NCBI GenBank assembly: GCA_030141605.1
Contig: JAQGDQ010000135.1
Span: 186,001-250,000, forward strand
Direction of reading: 5' to 3'
From: Tubiluchus corallicola
Taxonomy: Eukaryota; Animalia; Priapulida
Length of the DNA stretch: 64,000 nt
Made by a program: the position numbers and the translations under genes. The notes beneath the pieces were generated by a model, which worked only from the letters and a program-made list of their open reading frames with translations, was not told the DNA's origin and did not search any database. Positions 44,008-57,385 of this stretch are shown here, piece after piece; within the stretch, counting starts at the first letter, position 1; each line of letters begins with the position of its first letter.

Positions 44008-44969
44008 AACCAAAACGACGCAAAATTTCAAAGCATCTGCAGTGCTCTCTCTGGTTTCCTCAAAAAATTTACCAAGGTGTACTGACTAACAGTTTATACA
44101 AGTGCTGGTCAAAATCGCAATTTTGCTTCCCACACACTTTGTCCAATGAGCAAGGTTCTAAGAAAGATTAAAATGAAGCTTCTGAAAATGTATTTTAACT
44201 TTAAAAATAGTTTGTTCCCCTCACGCACTTAGCACAACATTACCGACATATTTACATCATTTTAATTTACAATTTTAATTTTGTCAGTTTTGCGAATGCG
44301 ATGCTTTTCCAACGCTTCTAGACCTATCGCATATTTCATTCGGTCCAACAAACTATTAACACCTTGTGCGTTTTATGCAGCTTCTATTTTCACACAGTTC
44401 CTTTCTTTTCACTTTTAACTGTTTCATTTTGTTCACTTTTCGTGTACAATTTCCGGTATTGCTTCTCCTTCACAACTTGGAGGCACTACGCATTGTTTAG
44501 CCTTGAATGCGAGATGCTTTTAACTAAATCATCGTCCTAGCGACGGATTGCATGCGTACCGCACACTTAATTTTCGCACTGAATGAGCAGCCTAGCTCCA
44601 TGAAGTCGTAATTATTCGCTGAAGCCAGATGATGCAGAGCTCTGTTCATCGCGAAGCCAGACGCGAATGGACAGCAGGCGCTTTGTGGAGTGGCTTTGTG
44701 TACGTGTCAGCCTACCCTAAATTCATCGCTAACTGCTCGCTAGAACGGTGATCTCAAATTATCAACTGTAGATGAAAAAGTGTTCAATATTTTTTTGCTT
44801 TTGTTAGAAAAAAGACAAAACAAGATAAAATGCAAGTGCCATTTACCTGCACAAAAATTGATGAAATAGTTAGAGACCTATATAACAACGTCGGATTTTT
44901 TTTACCGCATTACTATAATGACACAAAGAATTCTTAACGTTTAATATTAAACAAAAAAGACTTATAAAT

Positions 44970-45305
44970 TAAATAACTCACCTTTTTCTGGCACATTTCG
45001 AACGCGTGCATTGTTGTAGAGACTGCCATGTTTCGAGAGTTTGGCGCGAGTGAGAGAGAGAATGATGTATGAGGTACAGAAAGCGTCTTTGGATACCGAT
45101 GTTGGTTTACCGATCTTTGGTGACCTCATGTACTCATGAACGAAAAATGGCAAATTTAATGCAGCTAACAATGCTGTGACAAAAAAATAAAAAATAAAAA
45201 GAAATAAGTTTTACTGTAAGTTTATAACAAAATAAATTGAATATTTGTAATGAGAGTAGGATTTTAAGTTGTAGAAGCTTATATTATAGCGAAGGTTTAG
45301 TTTCC
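44970..45305 (+). repeat. Dispersed repeat, homologous to 22955-23290
   Basis: Same ordered motif blocks as the partner copy. Confidence 0.75.
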
Positions 45306-45939
45306 TTTTGTAAAACTGAATTATAGTGAAAATTGTGTTTAAGCAGAACAGCTAGGACAGCCATTGTATTAATATTCCTTAATGTCCCTACTATCATCCA
45401 AATAAAAGGTATGTCTGAACCAGCAGGCGAAAATGGCTTTGACCAAGCTTACAAAAATGAAAACAAATCTGTTTATTTTTGTAAAAACATGTGATTAGTT
45501 TTATGTTTAATAATATGTACTTTTAAGTTTAAGTTTCACAGCATGTCATTGCAGATATTAAGAAAATTGCTTAATTTTAGTACCCTAAGACTGATTCGTA
45601 AAATTTGCAATACAAGTAAAAATGATGATAATAGCAATATGTATTTATAATAATATTAATAGTAAACGGTAGTGGCTATAGGTAGTAGTAGTAGTTAATA
45701 TAAATAGTTAAAAAAATTTGCAAAAACTAATCTTCTAAAAATTTCTTATGAAAAAACAATTTTTTACTCAAATTTCATATCGGTATTGAAGCGCGAGTAA
45801 AGAATCAACTAAAAGAATTCTAGTGTGAAAACTTTTTTATTCAGTTGGTGTTTGAAATGTGTTTTGTTTATAGTGCCATTAAACACAGCATCGAACTTTC
45901 GCCTAGGTGAACCAAATAGTTCTACAGGTTTCTCGAATT

Positions 45940-47420
45940 TGGGGCATTTCTTAGTTAATCTTAGTTAAACTTTGACACACCACAGAAAGGCATCACGCAA
46001 GGTACGATATTAGGTCCTTTACTCTTTTGTTTATACGTTAATAAAATTCATTTAGTTTTACATAATTCAGACTTAACACAATTTGCCGATAACACAACTG
46101 TGTATACAGCACACGCAGACTTTCTAACATCGAAAAATAATCTAAAAAAGACATAACTAATATAAATGCAGCATTTAACTATTTTGGTTTAAAAATGAAT
46201 GATGATAAGACAGAATTTATGGTAATATCACCCAAATCAATTGACATTACATCTTCTAATGCAACGCTAAAAGTAGGTGACTGTTCCATAGAACAAGCAA
46301 AAAATGTAAATATTTTTAGGCATTACTGTCGATAATAAACTCACTTGGGATGAACAGTTTCATCAAATACACAACAAGATGGCATTAAGCACGGCATTCT
46401 TACGCCAAACCAGAGGCCATTTAACCAAGAAAACAAAAATTCTCATCTACAAAAGTCTAATATTACCACATTATCTGTATGGCTGCACTTTACTTCAAAA
46501 CGTTAAAAATGAAAACTTTAGAAAACTAAATACAATGCAAAACTACGCACTTAGATTAATTCATGGCTACTCTAACAAAACTGCTACACAACATGCTGCT
46601 TCTGCAACAAGCTTAACAACGTCCACAAAATACCAATATTAGAAGCCTATCGAGATTACAAAACACTGATATTTCTTTATAAATATATCAATAAACTGAG
46701 CATTCCATTTTTAAACAATCCCTTAGCATTCATTCCTGATACCACTTTAAACACTAGAACACACAATTTAAAGCAAATTACAGTAAACAATAAATTTGGA
46801 AACAACTCTATATCAAAAAGGGCCATACATTTATGGAACTTACTACCCAGTGAAATAAAACAAATAGAATCTCTCCACCACTTTAGAAAGAAATTAAAAG
46901 AATATCAATATAACAGGTTTCAACGTCCGCACTGTGCATCTGATACTAATTACACAGACTCAACTTTCACCTACCCCCGCCCCTGACTCCATAAAACGAT
47001 TAAAAATGTAAAATTTTTAAAAAATTATGTAATGTAATACGTGTTATGTTAGTTTTATAATGTCAAATGTATAAATAGTGTAAATGTAATGAGTGAAATT
47101 TATGTAATGTAAAGCTTGTTTCTGTTAATTGTGTCATGTCATACGTATATGTAGTGTAAAATATGTCATGTAAAATTTAATGTACTTTTGTAATATTGTT
47201 TTGTAAAAATAATTTAATGTGGTGTTTGTAATATATTCATTTATTGTATATAATTAGGCCTTAGTTTTGCACTTTAGTTTTTTTAGTATGCACTGGATGC
47301 ATTTGTCTTGAACAGTGTTGTTATCTTAACATTACGCTGAGGCTTACTCAATTTTATTATAATGAGTGAACCATTTTGATGACAAATAAAGAATTAATAA
47401 AAAATAATAAATAAATAAGA
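45940..47420 (+). mobile_element. 5'-truncated, frameshifted LINE (CR1/L2-group) RT fragment with 3' UTR
   Basis: GITQGTILGPLLLF...FADNTTVY (RT domains 4/5), NDDKTEFM, LGITVDNKLTW, YKSLILPHYLYG, HLWNLLPSEIKQ, then AATAAA and a (TAAA)n tail. Confidence 0.88.
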
Positions 47421-47879
47421 ACCGAGTTAAGAAGTTGGTTTCCACAATTACCTCTCTTTTGCTCGACCACATTTTAAAGCACGAATCGAGTTTATATTAT
47501 GCGTGTTAAATGACTTGTGAACTGTGACGATAGTGCAATTGCATCAGTTGGGAAAAGGGCGAGAAATTGAACCCCATGCGGGACACAAGAGGCATCCAGG
47601 GACTGCTGATCAAACACAATGATATTGATACTCTAATGCGTGGAAAGCATAACCGTTCTTAAACTAGCAATTTTGGAAACACGATACAAAATCAACAGTA
47701 CTCGGAGCATCCAGTTAAAAGACAGCTTAGCAGAATAAGAGAAGCCGAGAAGCCAGCTGTTTATCTGGCTTCATTACGCAGATTACACTAATGTAAGGAG
47801 ATTAGACAACAGTTTGTTCACTAAACACCAATAACACCATGTGTATATATGTATATATATATATATATATATATAAATA

Positions 47880-48300
47880 TACAAAACTAAAAAAGTAAAG
47901 TGCTCGTACACAATATAAACACATATTTACAAAGAGAATAAATTTCACATGACATTTTCACTATTTATACATTCATGACATTACATAATTATTTAACATA
48001 GATTACATTACATAACATTTTATATTTGCTATTTTAGATACTAGATATTATATTATAGTCAATGGATTTTACATAGCTATGGGATGAATGTAAGTTCAGA
48101 TTTATTTTTATAAGGGCCTGCAAATGTTTATTTAAATATTAGCTCGACTTCAATATCATAATTACATAATTTTAACCATTTTAGCTAAATCGGGGGCGGC
48201 GTAGGTATAGTCGGTGTTACTAGCTGTCAGATACATAAGTTGGAAGTTGAAACCTGTTATCGTGATACTCTTTTAATATCTTTTTAAGTTAGGTTAGAAA
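47880..48300 (-). mobile_element. 3' end of a related LINE, tail-to-tail with the 45940 copy
   Basis: Reverse complement ACCTACGCCGCCCCC matches ACCTACCCCCGCCCC at ~46970. It is followed by a similar TGTAA-rich UTR. Confidence 0.5.
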
Positions 48301-49487
48301 TTCTATTTGTTTTATTTCACTGGGCTGCGTGTTAGTTGTGTGCATAGCGTTGATCGCATGAAAATCAAGGCAGTAACGAACATTAAATATGCTCATACAC
48401 GCAGGCAGTAACAATAGTAATCTTAATTCAACAAATTTGATACTAAAAATTGAACTAACTGAAACTTTTTGGTTTTCAAACATGGCTGCGCGTCAATTTG
48501 TTATACAATTCTGGATCCTAAAACCACATCCAGGTAATCAAATCAGGTGGCCAAGGCGAGACCGGAAGTTGATTCGAATTTTATGCCTCTAAGCTGAGCC
48601 ACTGAACTCACAGAGGTATCTTGATCTTACGTTCAGATGTACATTCTTCTTCTATGGGGTAAACAGCCAGAAACAGCACAGCGATTGCAACCATCCAGAA
48701 TAAGAATTGAAGCGGTTCATTCGCTGACCATTATCGGCGCCATTCTTAACTTCGAGATAAGTCAAGACGACGACGCTACTACTAGGCCATATACTTGGGC
48801 CTCCTCGCTACTGTAGGCCTCCTCGCCTCAGATCGGTGCAAAAAATGGGTCGATAACTGCACGCTGATTGGTTAATACATGGTCATATGACTGATTAAGG
48901 AGGTCTTCCGGCTTAGAGCTGTACAAAAATATCAGCATGTTTTTTGAAAGAAGTGTTTTAAAACAGTTTATTATTAAAAAACGAAAACGAAAAGCAATAA
49001 TTAATTAGCTTAAATTAATTTGATGTGATGTGATGAATCAGTTTTGCTTCTTTAATTAAAGGTAATCAGAAATTATATCGCTTTGTTGCTTTCCCGTCGA
49101 CATCGAGATGAAATATTCGCATGCATGCTTTGTTTGTTTGAGAATCAGAATAACTGTAGAAACTCGCATTTTGCAAATTAGTCACTAATATTTTTGTTGG
49201 ATTTTAAATAAATGAACAAACCAAAATCAATTTGACTTGCAAAAGTATATTGACTGTTTTTGTTTTAATTTTAGTCTTGCTTGTATCACTACAACATAAA
49301 CAATAAGTGTTTTTTGTTTTTGGTGAAGTGAGTATTCTTAGATCGGCTTGTATAATGTCATTAAATTTAATCGTGTCGCAGATGTTATTGCTAGCGTTGG
49401 TATCGCCAATTCTTAAAATTATTGAATTGACAGAGGTCTTGTACCCTTAATGGTAGAAACTTTGCAGCATAAGTGTTTAGGATCAGA

Positions 49488-49526
49488 TAATCATCATCAT
49501 CATCATCGTCGTCGTCGTCGTCGTCG

Positions 49527-49558
<32 letters not shown>

Positions 49559-49617
49559 GTCGTCGTCGTCGTCGTCGTCGTCGTCATCATCATCAACAAC
49601 ATCATCATCAGCAGCAT
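49488..49617. repeat. Compound (CAT)n/(CGT)n microsatellite
   Basis: Directly visible. Confidence 0.95.
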
Positions 49618-50039
49618 GAATCTATTACCCTTCGCTTTTTCAGAAATCAAACAACAGCCAAGATTTTTCTTTCCTCTCTCGCTTTTTCGAAATGGCTTCT
49701 TTCGATCGTTTTTCATTCGCAATGAAATCGCAATCATCATCATCAAATACATGGCGAGGTTCTATAGCGGCGAACGCTGGGTTTTTAATTATGATGATTT
49801 ATCATTGGCAATGCTGACGCGCAAGCCAATGAATTGTTAATCCATTAGAGCGCATAACAAAAGCCGCAGTTTCTGCAAAAGTTTGCCGCCTGCATCATTC
49901 ATCTTGGACCCACGTAGCCGGTTTACGTGTCTACAGAAGCTATCATGATGATTGAATTTATCACTAATTTATCACTCTAGTGTCATGTGCTACGTATCTA
50001 GAAATAGAATATGTAAATACTATTTTGATGAAACGATGA

Positions 50040-50390
50040 TTTAGACTTTATTCGTTCATCCATTTGTTTGTTCATTCGCTCGCTTAATTGATTGTCCATT
50101 TATTAGTATGTTTGTCTGTTAACTCGTGGTTTTGGCTTTTATTTGCTTTTTGTCTGTTTGTCTGCTTGTCTGTCTGCCTCTCCACTTTTCACACCCGTGT
50201 TGTTACAAATGCGTGTTCATTCATCCATCCATTCATTCATTCATTCGTTCGTTTGTTCGTTCGTTCATTCATTCACATTCCTCTCGAAATCCACAATTCA
50301 TCGATGCCAGGAACGTGTCTAAGTTTACGTCATTTCACCTCCCCCCCCCCCCACACACACACACACTCACACACAAACACGCACGCACAA
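50040..50390. repeat. (ATTC)n/(GTTT)n/(CA)n low-complexity region
   Basis: Directly visible. Confidence 0.85.
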
Positions 50391-50519
50391 GGTAAAAGGT
50401 AAAAAAGCTGGCGTGTCATATAGAGAACATTGTGGTCATAAATTCAGTTTCAAATTCAGAAGATAGGTAATTGACTATCCTTAATTAGTACACTATAATA
50501 CACAGGTACAATCACAATT

Positions 50520-50651
50520 TACTGTAATATTGTACAAGAAAAATTCGAAATTGGGAGTGGAGTGGGGACCGTGTGGGAAGGGTTTAACCGTTGAGGAGGC
50601 AGCGCTAAAAATACTTTTGCTTAGGGCGTCAAGCTACCAATGCCAGTCCTG
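50520..50651 (-). mobile_element. Partial copy of the hAT-type element
   Basis: Reverse complement CAGGACTGGC...GACGCCCTAAGCAAAAGTATTTTTAGCG...CCTCCTCAACGG. Confidence 0.7.
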
Positions 50652-50659
50652 CCTGATTT

Positions 50660-51320
50660 TTTCCAAAAATGTTTCTTCTGTGAAATGCATCTATTTCTGA
50701 TTTTAGATGAGCTTTGACTGTCCTTGCTTGCTTGTAGACAAACAGAGTTTCAACTAGTGTGCCAAAGATTTTTATATTTATTCCTAAACTGAAGCTCCTA
50801 GTTTCAACTGCTCTTAGTTTAAAAAAAAATTGCCATCAAAAATTGGAATATGCTTTTTCTTCATAATATTTTTCTTCCTGATTTATAATTAGGCGGTGCT
50901 CTTCTATTTTATCTTTGTTATCTTTGTTTAATATTATACAATTTAATTTTGTTTCTATTGTTATCTCGGCATCTTCTACTTCGTCTTTGCTTCTTGCTGT
51001 CCAAGCAATGTCGTCTGTATACTGTATGTCCATTTTAGCAAGATGTTTCGTTAGGTTTGAGTAGTTGCGCTCTAAATTTTAATTTGTGTAATATGTGAAA
51101 ATGTATAATTGTGGTCATGATGTTCTTCCCTGGGTGTGCATACCCTCTTGTTCATTAATGCTGTAACTAGGCAGAAGTGAAGAGAACAGGACTTAGGATT
51201 TCTCCTTGGGATACTCTTTTGTTTGCAAAAATGAGTCACTCAACTGACCTTCACGTCTAAGGGCAATTAAAAGTATTTAAATGATTTAGTATTTCTTCTA
51301 CATCATTTAAATCCTTTACT
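50660..51320 (-). mobile_element. Decayed non-LTR retrotransposon RT fragment (RTE-like)
   Basis: Minus strand gives RVSQGEILSPVLFT and DIQYTDDIAW (YADD box). Confidence 0.7.
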
Positions 51321-51832
51321 ATGACGCTATTGAGTATTAATTCCATGACAATAAAATAGCAAACAGTTTTTAGAAAGACAGAAAAACACTAGAACAGACA
51401 ACATTTAATATATTTGAAAATCAAATACAATAGATTAAGTAAAAACTATTTTGAATGTTAACAAAAATAAAGGCAGTCAATACAGACGCTATAGCAAGAG
51501 AAGGTTTTGTATACAGTGTACACAGATATTTTTGACATCATATTCTAGCAAGTCCTTATATAGATAAATTTTGACAACACTTTTGCAGGCAACACCAAAT
51601 TTCTGCATTACTTTTAAAATGCACGTTTTAAAAATCTTGTAAAAACCTTGAAAGTTGTATTGCAGCGCATTCATTTCCAGAATTGGTACTTTCACAAAAA
51701 TTTATAGTCGGTTGTACGGTTTGAGGTAAAGGTCTTACTGCTTGCTTGCCTACTATATTAATCATTTTAATGTAGCAACGCAAATTGCACAAATAACAAC
51801 TAAAGGACTTTAAAAAGGACGTTTTGACCGTG

Positions 51833-51912
51833 TATATAAGCAAATGTCTTTGGCTGCTTGACTCATTTTCATTGGACTGTTGACTCGTTAACTCGCCGTT
51901 CTCACAAAGAAA
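51833..51912 (+). promoter_or_regulatory. Candidate TATA/Inr core promoter and non-coding first exon of the Kazal gene
   Basis: TATATAAG at 51833-51840, TCATT initiator-like motif ~30 nt downstream (51863-51867) overlapping TGACTCA, donor AA|GTAACG at 51913, and acceptors upstream of the ATG at 52254. Confidence 0.45.
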
Positions 51913-52253
51913 GTAACGTTATTTTTTGACTTATTACTACTAGGCCTATAGTGTATTTAAGCGTATTCTAAAACTAATAATTAAATTTAAACTTAAAACT
52001 AAAATTAAACTAATAATTTAAATTGTTGTTGTTTTGTTGTTCTAGATGTACCCAACATTAGTTGGTATGTAAAATATAATAATTGTGCGTAAATTTTAGT
52101 ATTCGAGCGTATTTCGTTTCCTTTAGATTACAGCAGTGCTGGACGTTATTTAGACGAATATAAGTTTTTTATGTGGACGACGTTTTGTACTTGTATCGTT
52201 TGCAATTTTTGATTACTGGTTCGAGCATGTTTTATTGCAGTATAACTATCATC

Positions 52254-54695
52254 ATGAAGCTTGTTGTATGCGTCTTCTTGGTGCCAGCCTTAGTTGCAGC
52301 TCGTCCTTATAGTAAGTAAAATCTAAATATATAGTCCAAATATATGTAGCAGGTAAAGTGTACTCACGACTCATAGAGCCATATTTGTTCTAGTTCATTT
52401 GGAAGAGTTAGGCCTCAAAGAAGTTGTCAAAAACAAAAACATTTAGTTCGATTACACTTCTAGTCGCCAAAGAGTTCATCACACTAGACCACAGCTTGTT
52501 TTGCTCGAGTGATTTACAAACATGTATATTTCTTTTTCACACAGGTATAATAACCACATATTTTTTCATCCATTAATATGTAAATAACGAAGCTACTTTT
52601 TTCTTTAAAAGTACCAGAACAGGAACCATGCTACTACTGTAGTCGTGGTCGCACTTATAAACCTGTTTGTGGAACAGATGGAAAGACTTATTCAAATCTG
52701 TGCATGCTGATATGTGCTGATTACCGCGATGACAGTAAGTACCATTCAGCATTGAAACTGTATTTTGTTGTCTTTAATTGCTATTTAGCACATTAAGAAA
52801 CAGTCACCTTGCTTATGGTATAGGCTAAGAGACGCTGAAGTAGAATTTATCCGATATTTCAGAATTGTTTCTACGTAATATATATCCCATATATGAGCTT
52901 CATTCATTACGTCATTCCATTTTAAGCACTAATGTTTTTTTAATCACGATTCACTTTAAATTTTCAGATTATCTCCATATTTTTTTGGAGCCCTGCTTCT
53001 TGATTGCCCACAACACATTTACCTTCGTGCATAAGTGAACAGTGTTTGAGGCTTTTCTGCGTAGTATTTCTTATTTGTATTATATCCATTGTAGGCCCTT
53101 TCACTAGATATTGTATATGTAATCATTGTAAATGTGTATGGTGAAATAAATGACTTATGACTAATAATTAAATACCTACAAAAGAGAATTAATAAGACGC
53201 ACTACCACTTATAATCACACACAATCACCCTTCCCACCCTCCCAACATTTCATTCGTGTTTACAGTACATAAAATAAAGTTTGGGTAATTTAAAAGTAAT
53301 ACTTGGAAAAACAATAAAGTGTCAGCAAAAAATGGCAAAGTTGGGTTGATGTGTTTGGTAGATATAAAACTTTCAGCCACAGTTTGTAAATTTCTGAATA
53401 ATTACATCTAGATTCCCCAATTTCTTATACACAGCACGAGAGATGGCAACTCTTGGATAATCAGTTTTTTAGTAAATAAATGTGTTTCTGAATGATAGTG
53501 TCAAATTATTAAGGTGTTCCTTGTACATTTCGTCATACATCACGTTGGAAAGCACTGAAAGGTAGGGCCTACTCAAAGGGATGTTTTGTGATTGTGACGT
53601 TCTCCAAGCCTGACTCATAATCAAGGATACACCTCTAAGATCAGCTAGTGAACCTGCACAATTCAGGTGTACTGCGACGTACATAGCTTTAGGTTACACA
53701 TGATACCGTCCAGACTGAGCGTCCAGCCCATGAACTGCAAAAATCCTACACTAGGCCTCAAATTCTAACCATAACGTTCTACACGAATGGGATATGCTGG
53801 GTACATATTTCTCTTGCTGAACTAATGCGTCTGCAAGTGTTGATTAATTTTTAAGCTGTCAACTTAATTTATCTTGAATGTTTTGCAGGTACAAACTTAG
53901 AAAAGCAGTGCAATGGAGAATGCCCATGTGAGGCAAAAGTTACCACTGTGGCTGCTCCAACACCATCGAGAACGACAAAGATCACAAGACTTATCGCAGA
54001 AAAGCCAGTACCGCAGAATAAAACCAATTCCTGCCCAATACGATGTCCAATGATGTACTCTCCCGTCTGTGGCCGTATAGTTTATCCAGACAGAAAAGGC
54101 GCCTGTATTAAGTATTCAAACTCCTGTTTTAGAGACCAGTATGTATTACCTTTTTAGACAAGTATTCCTCTGGCGACCGTTTTTAGTTTTTAAAAATAAC
54201 GACACTGTAGTCATAGAACTTAAAAATTGGAATCGTTTGCTACTAATGACAGTCTCCACCAAAGAAGTTGCACTGATGTATTTATGCGCGTGTGCCAATC
54301 AAAAACTACTGAGAAATTATTCTGTAAGCAGAGACAATCTTAATATTATAAAAAACTTGTAAAGAACACCAGAACAGCAAATGAGCTTAATTAAATGCCG
54401 AAATAAAATTCAAACAATTCAATTTATATTTGATTGATTTGAACCAATTTGATTTTGCAGCATTTTAATTGGTAGGCTGCTGTTATTTCTGAATAATTTT
54501 AGATAATTAAGCAAATGTTTCGACTCAGCCAAACCAAACTTTTGTGTAGAAAACAAAAATAACACATTTTCAGAGAGTTTCATTTTTGCTTTCAGTGCCG
54601 AATGTGAAATTAAGCGTCAATGGCCTCGGGGTGCTATGGAAGAATGCAATTGTAGCGACAGCGACAGCCGAAATCCAGGACCACAGAATGGTTAA
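52254..54695 (+). CDS. Secreted two-domain Kazal-type serine protease inhibitor, ~176 aa
   Basis: Exons 52254-52311, 52612(or 52618)-52734, 53889-54138 and 54596-54695. Signal peptide MKLVVCVFLVPALVAA. Domain 1: CYYCSRGRTYKPVCGTDGKTYSNLCMLIC...QCNGECPC. Thr/Pro linker. Domain 2: CPIRCPMMYSPVCG...YSNSCFRDHAEC...ECNC. AATAAA at 54780. Confidence 0.88.
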
Positions 54696-56133
54696 TATAA
54701 TCGATCTCAGTGTATTGTTATTGGGTTAATAGAGAAAATGGTGTATATTTCAAGTTTTATATAAACTGACTTATTACTGAATAAACTATGCCGGGGGGCA
54801 TGACTAACTGGCACAGGTTATTTTCTGTTTGCAAAAAAATAATTAAGATTTCCTCTCCCAGTTCTTCAATTATAAATTATTATTTTCATTAATGAGCATA
54901 AAAATTAACGTAATCTCATATGACAACATTGTATGTTGAATTACAATTGTATATCACGAATTCACTCAATATTTGTAACCATTTTGTGCCATTCAAGCTT
55001 AAACCAGCTATGCTTTTCATCTTGTTTTTTGCCTATTGGTTTCTACCATGATTTGTTTATTATATATCATATTATATTATATATATTATATATATATATA
55101 CATACATATTCGTTTTTAGTGGGCAAAATACGAATAAACAATGATCAGGTTTGCAATCTGCTGCTTATGGCTTTCATGAGCAGTTGGCTTAATGGCTGCT
55201 ACGAAATCGAAAATAAAGTACATCTGATGAGCAAGTTTTGTTTCTTGGTGGTTTTTTTTATTGTAAAATAAGACTAATTATGTGTGCCACAATCAGAGAG
55301 TGTTATTTTAGTGGCGAAGAAACTTAGATTGAATTTAGATGAGACAAGTGATTTGCAGCAATTGTTCCCATAACACACATGAATGACAGTGTTCCATATC
55401 TCTTCAAGATAGTCTAGCATCTCTTAGGGTAATCTGTTGTTATAGATAAACACAGATAGACACAACCGTACTGCTCCTAGTGCCATCTTATTTAAGATTA
55501 GTTCTTAAACTACTTACAAAGCATAATTCTTTTACTTCTGTGCTAAATACCCCATTCTTCATGCAGTGTACACTCAAAAGTGTAATTTTATTCAATTAAA
55601 CATTCATTTATCAACCAAATACCAGTAGGATACTGCAACTACGTATATTCTAGTAAACTCGGTTTCTTGAAATTACTAATTCAGCAAATTAAAATGATTG
55701 CATTAATTTACTTCGTTTGTACCTCATCAGTGCAGTCTGTGAATATTTACTATTTAACTTACATTAAAAGTACAGTTTACTAGATAACATATTGGTCGGC
55801 TCGCTGTCTTCTCTCCCCTTCACTTGCTTTAGTAGTTATTGGGCTCTATTTATCTGTGTACAATTGTATTCTTGTTGTAAGCTGGATGTGGTTATTGCAT
55901 ATTTAGTAGTACGGTGAAAAAAATAAATTTTAATTCAATTCAATTCAACTTTTTAATTTGCAAATAAGAGCTTAAATAAGATGTCTGCAGTGCATAGTAT
56001 ATATATATATATATTAGATTTAATAAAATTATGAAATTTTCTGACATTAAATACCAAATTTTAGAAAATTTTCAAATCTGTTGAAAAAGTGTGACAAAGT
56101 ACTAAAAAATCCAACCAGGCGCCAAAATGAACT

Positions 56134-56301
56134 GCAGCAGGTATGACAATTTTTATATAACTCGGTCCACCGTGCATCAGGTATGAAACTTTATACAATT
56201 CAGTTCACCGCGCAGCAAGTATGATAATTTTTATATAACTCAGTCCACTGTGCAGCAGATATGAAAATTTTTGTACAACTTGGTTCAATGCAACAGGTAT
56301 G
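56134..56301. repeat. Minisatellite, 38-40-bp units, ~4.3 copies
   Basis: Units start at 56134, 56174, 56212, 56252 and 56290 (GCAGCAGGTATGA...). Confidence 0.9.
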
Positions 56302-57385
56302 ATCCTTTTTTAATTTCAAGGCTTTTTTGTTTTTTCCATTTTATGTATATTTTTCTATTTCTTTTTAATAAAAAATGTGTGTCCAAGGAAACGAAAAAAT
56401 GCTCATTTTATTATAATTTAACGATGTTTCTAATTATTGTTATTAAAATAATATAAAGTCAATGTGAGCTACAGTTAGGGCTTCTTAAAATGTGTCGATT
56501 AGCTTTAAAAAATTGAAAAGTTTAATTTCCTAAATTCACAATTCATTTCAAAACCAAAAAATGCAATCTCTGAACTTCGCCTGTCACTTACCTACATTGC
56601 AGAAACATTGAAAAATTTCTCTTCATGTTTTGTGCTTCATTTAAATATAATATCTAACTAACTGGTAACTGCATGGGCTATTTTCATTTGACAGGTGGAA
56701 TGAAAACTAATTATATTCTAAACAAAGGCAACGAAAAAGAAAAATGACTAAAATATCAACTCACTTTCATTTGAAGAACAGCCGTGTTTTTAGCCTAAAC
56801 ATTCCTCTCTGCTTTGACAACTTGTAACCCAATTTGAAACAGAACATTGATGGTGCTGTACGTGTACCCTGATTTTCATATTTGACCCAAGCATTTTTTA
56901 GGTAAAAATTGGTCTTACAATTGGATACTAAGCGCGCAGAACCAAGGTCTATGATTTCTTTTCTACATTGTGTTCCAAAACTATTTTTTCACATCTTGTG
57001 TGGTTAACGAGCTGGAACGAATAATGTGTAAATTTCATTCGCGTATTGTCATGGTTTATAAAAGTTGGCAAAAGTGATAATTTCATTTGTTTGCCTCCCT
57101 TGCTTTTAGTTTAGTTTTCAAGAAAGTTTTCCTTGAAATAAGCAAGAAAACTTTGTTACATTGAAGATGTGCTTCTACAATCCTAGTTTTAGTGCACCCA
57201 GGCTAGAGCTTTTGCATCACATGAAAAAGCCTTTATAAATACTGATTTAGACTGCACTTCACTATACTTGGGACGTGTACTACCCGTGCGCTAACTTCAT
57301 TAACTTTTATCTGCATTGCCCTGAGTTGATGAACTGCAGGCTGTGCATGCGGTCGTGTGTAGGCAAATTCATTATTTAAATTTAC

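Noticed and set aside
52530-52550. Acceptor immediately followed by GT (CAG|GTATAA) as a recursive splice site
   Set aside because: The intron is only ~300 nt, and use as an exon start hits a stop codon; no support.
55695-55735. Hammerhead-like TGCA-CTGATGA...GAAG...TGCA on the minus strand
   Set aside because: GAAA core is broken and stems II/III do not pair convincingly.
56134-56301. CRISPR-like periodicity
   Set aside because: Whole units repeat with no unique spacers; eukaryotic context and no cas genes.
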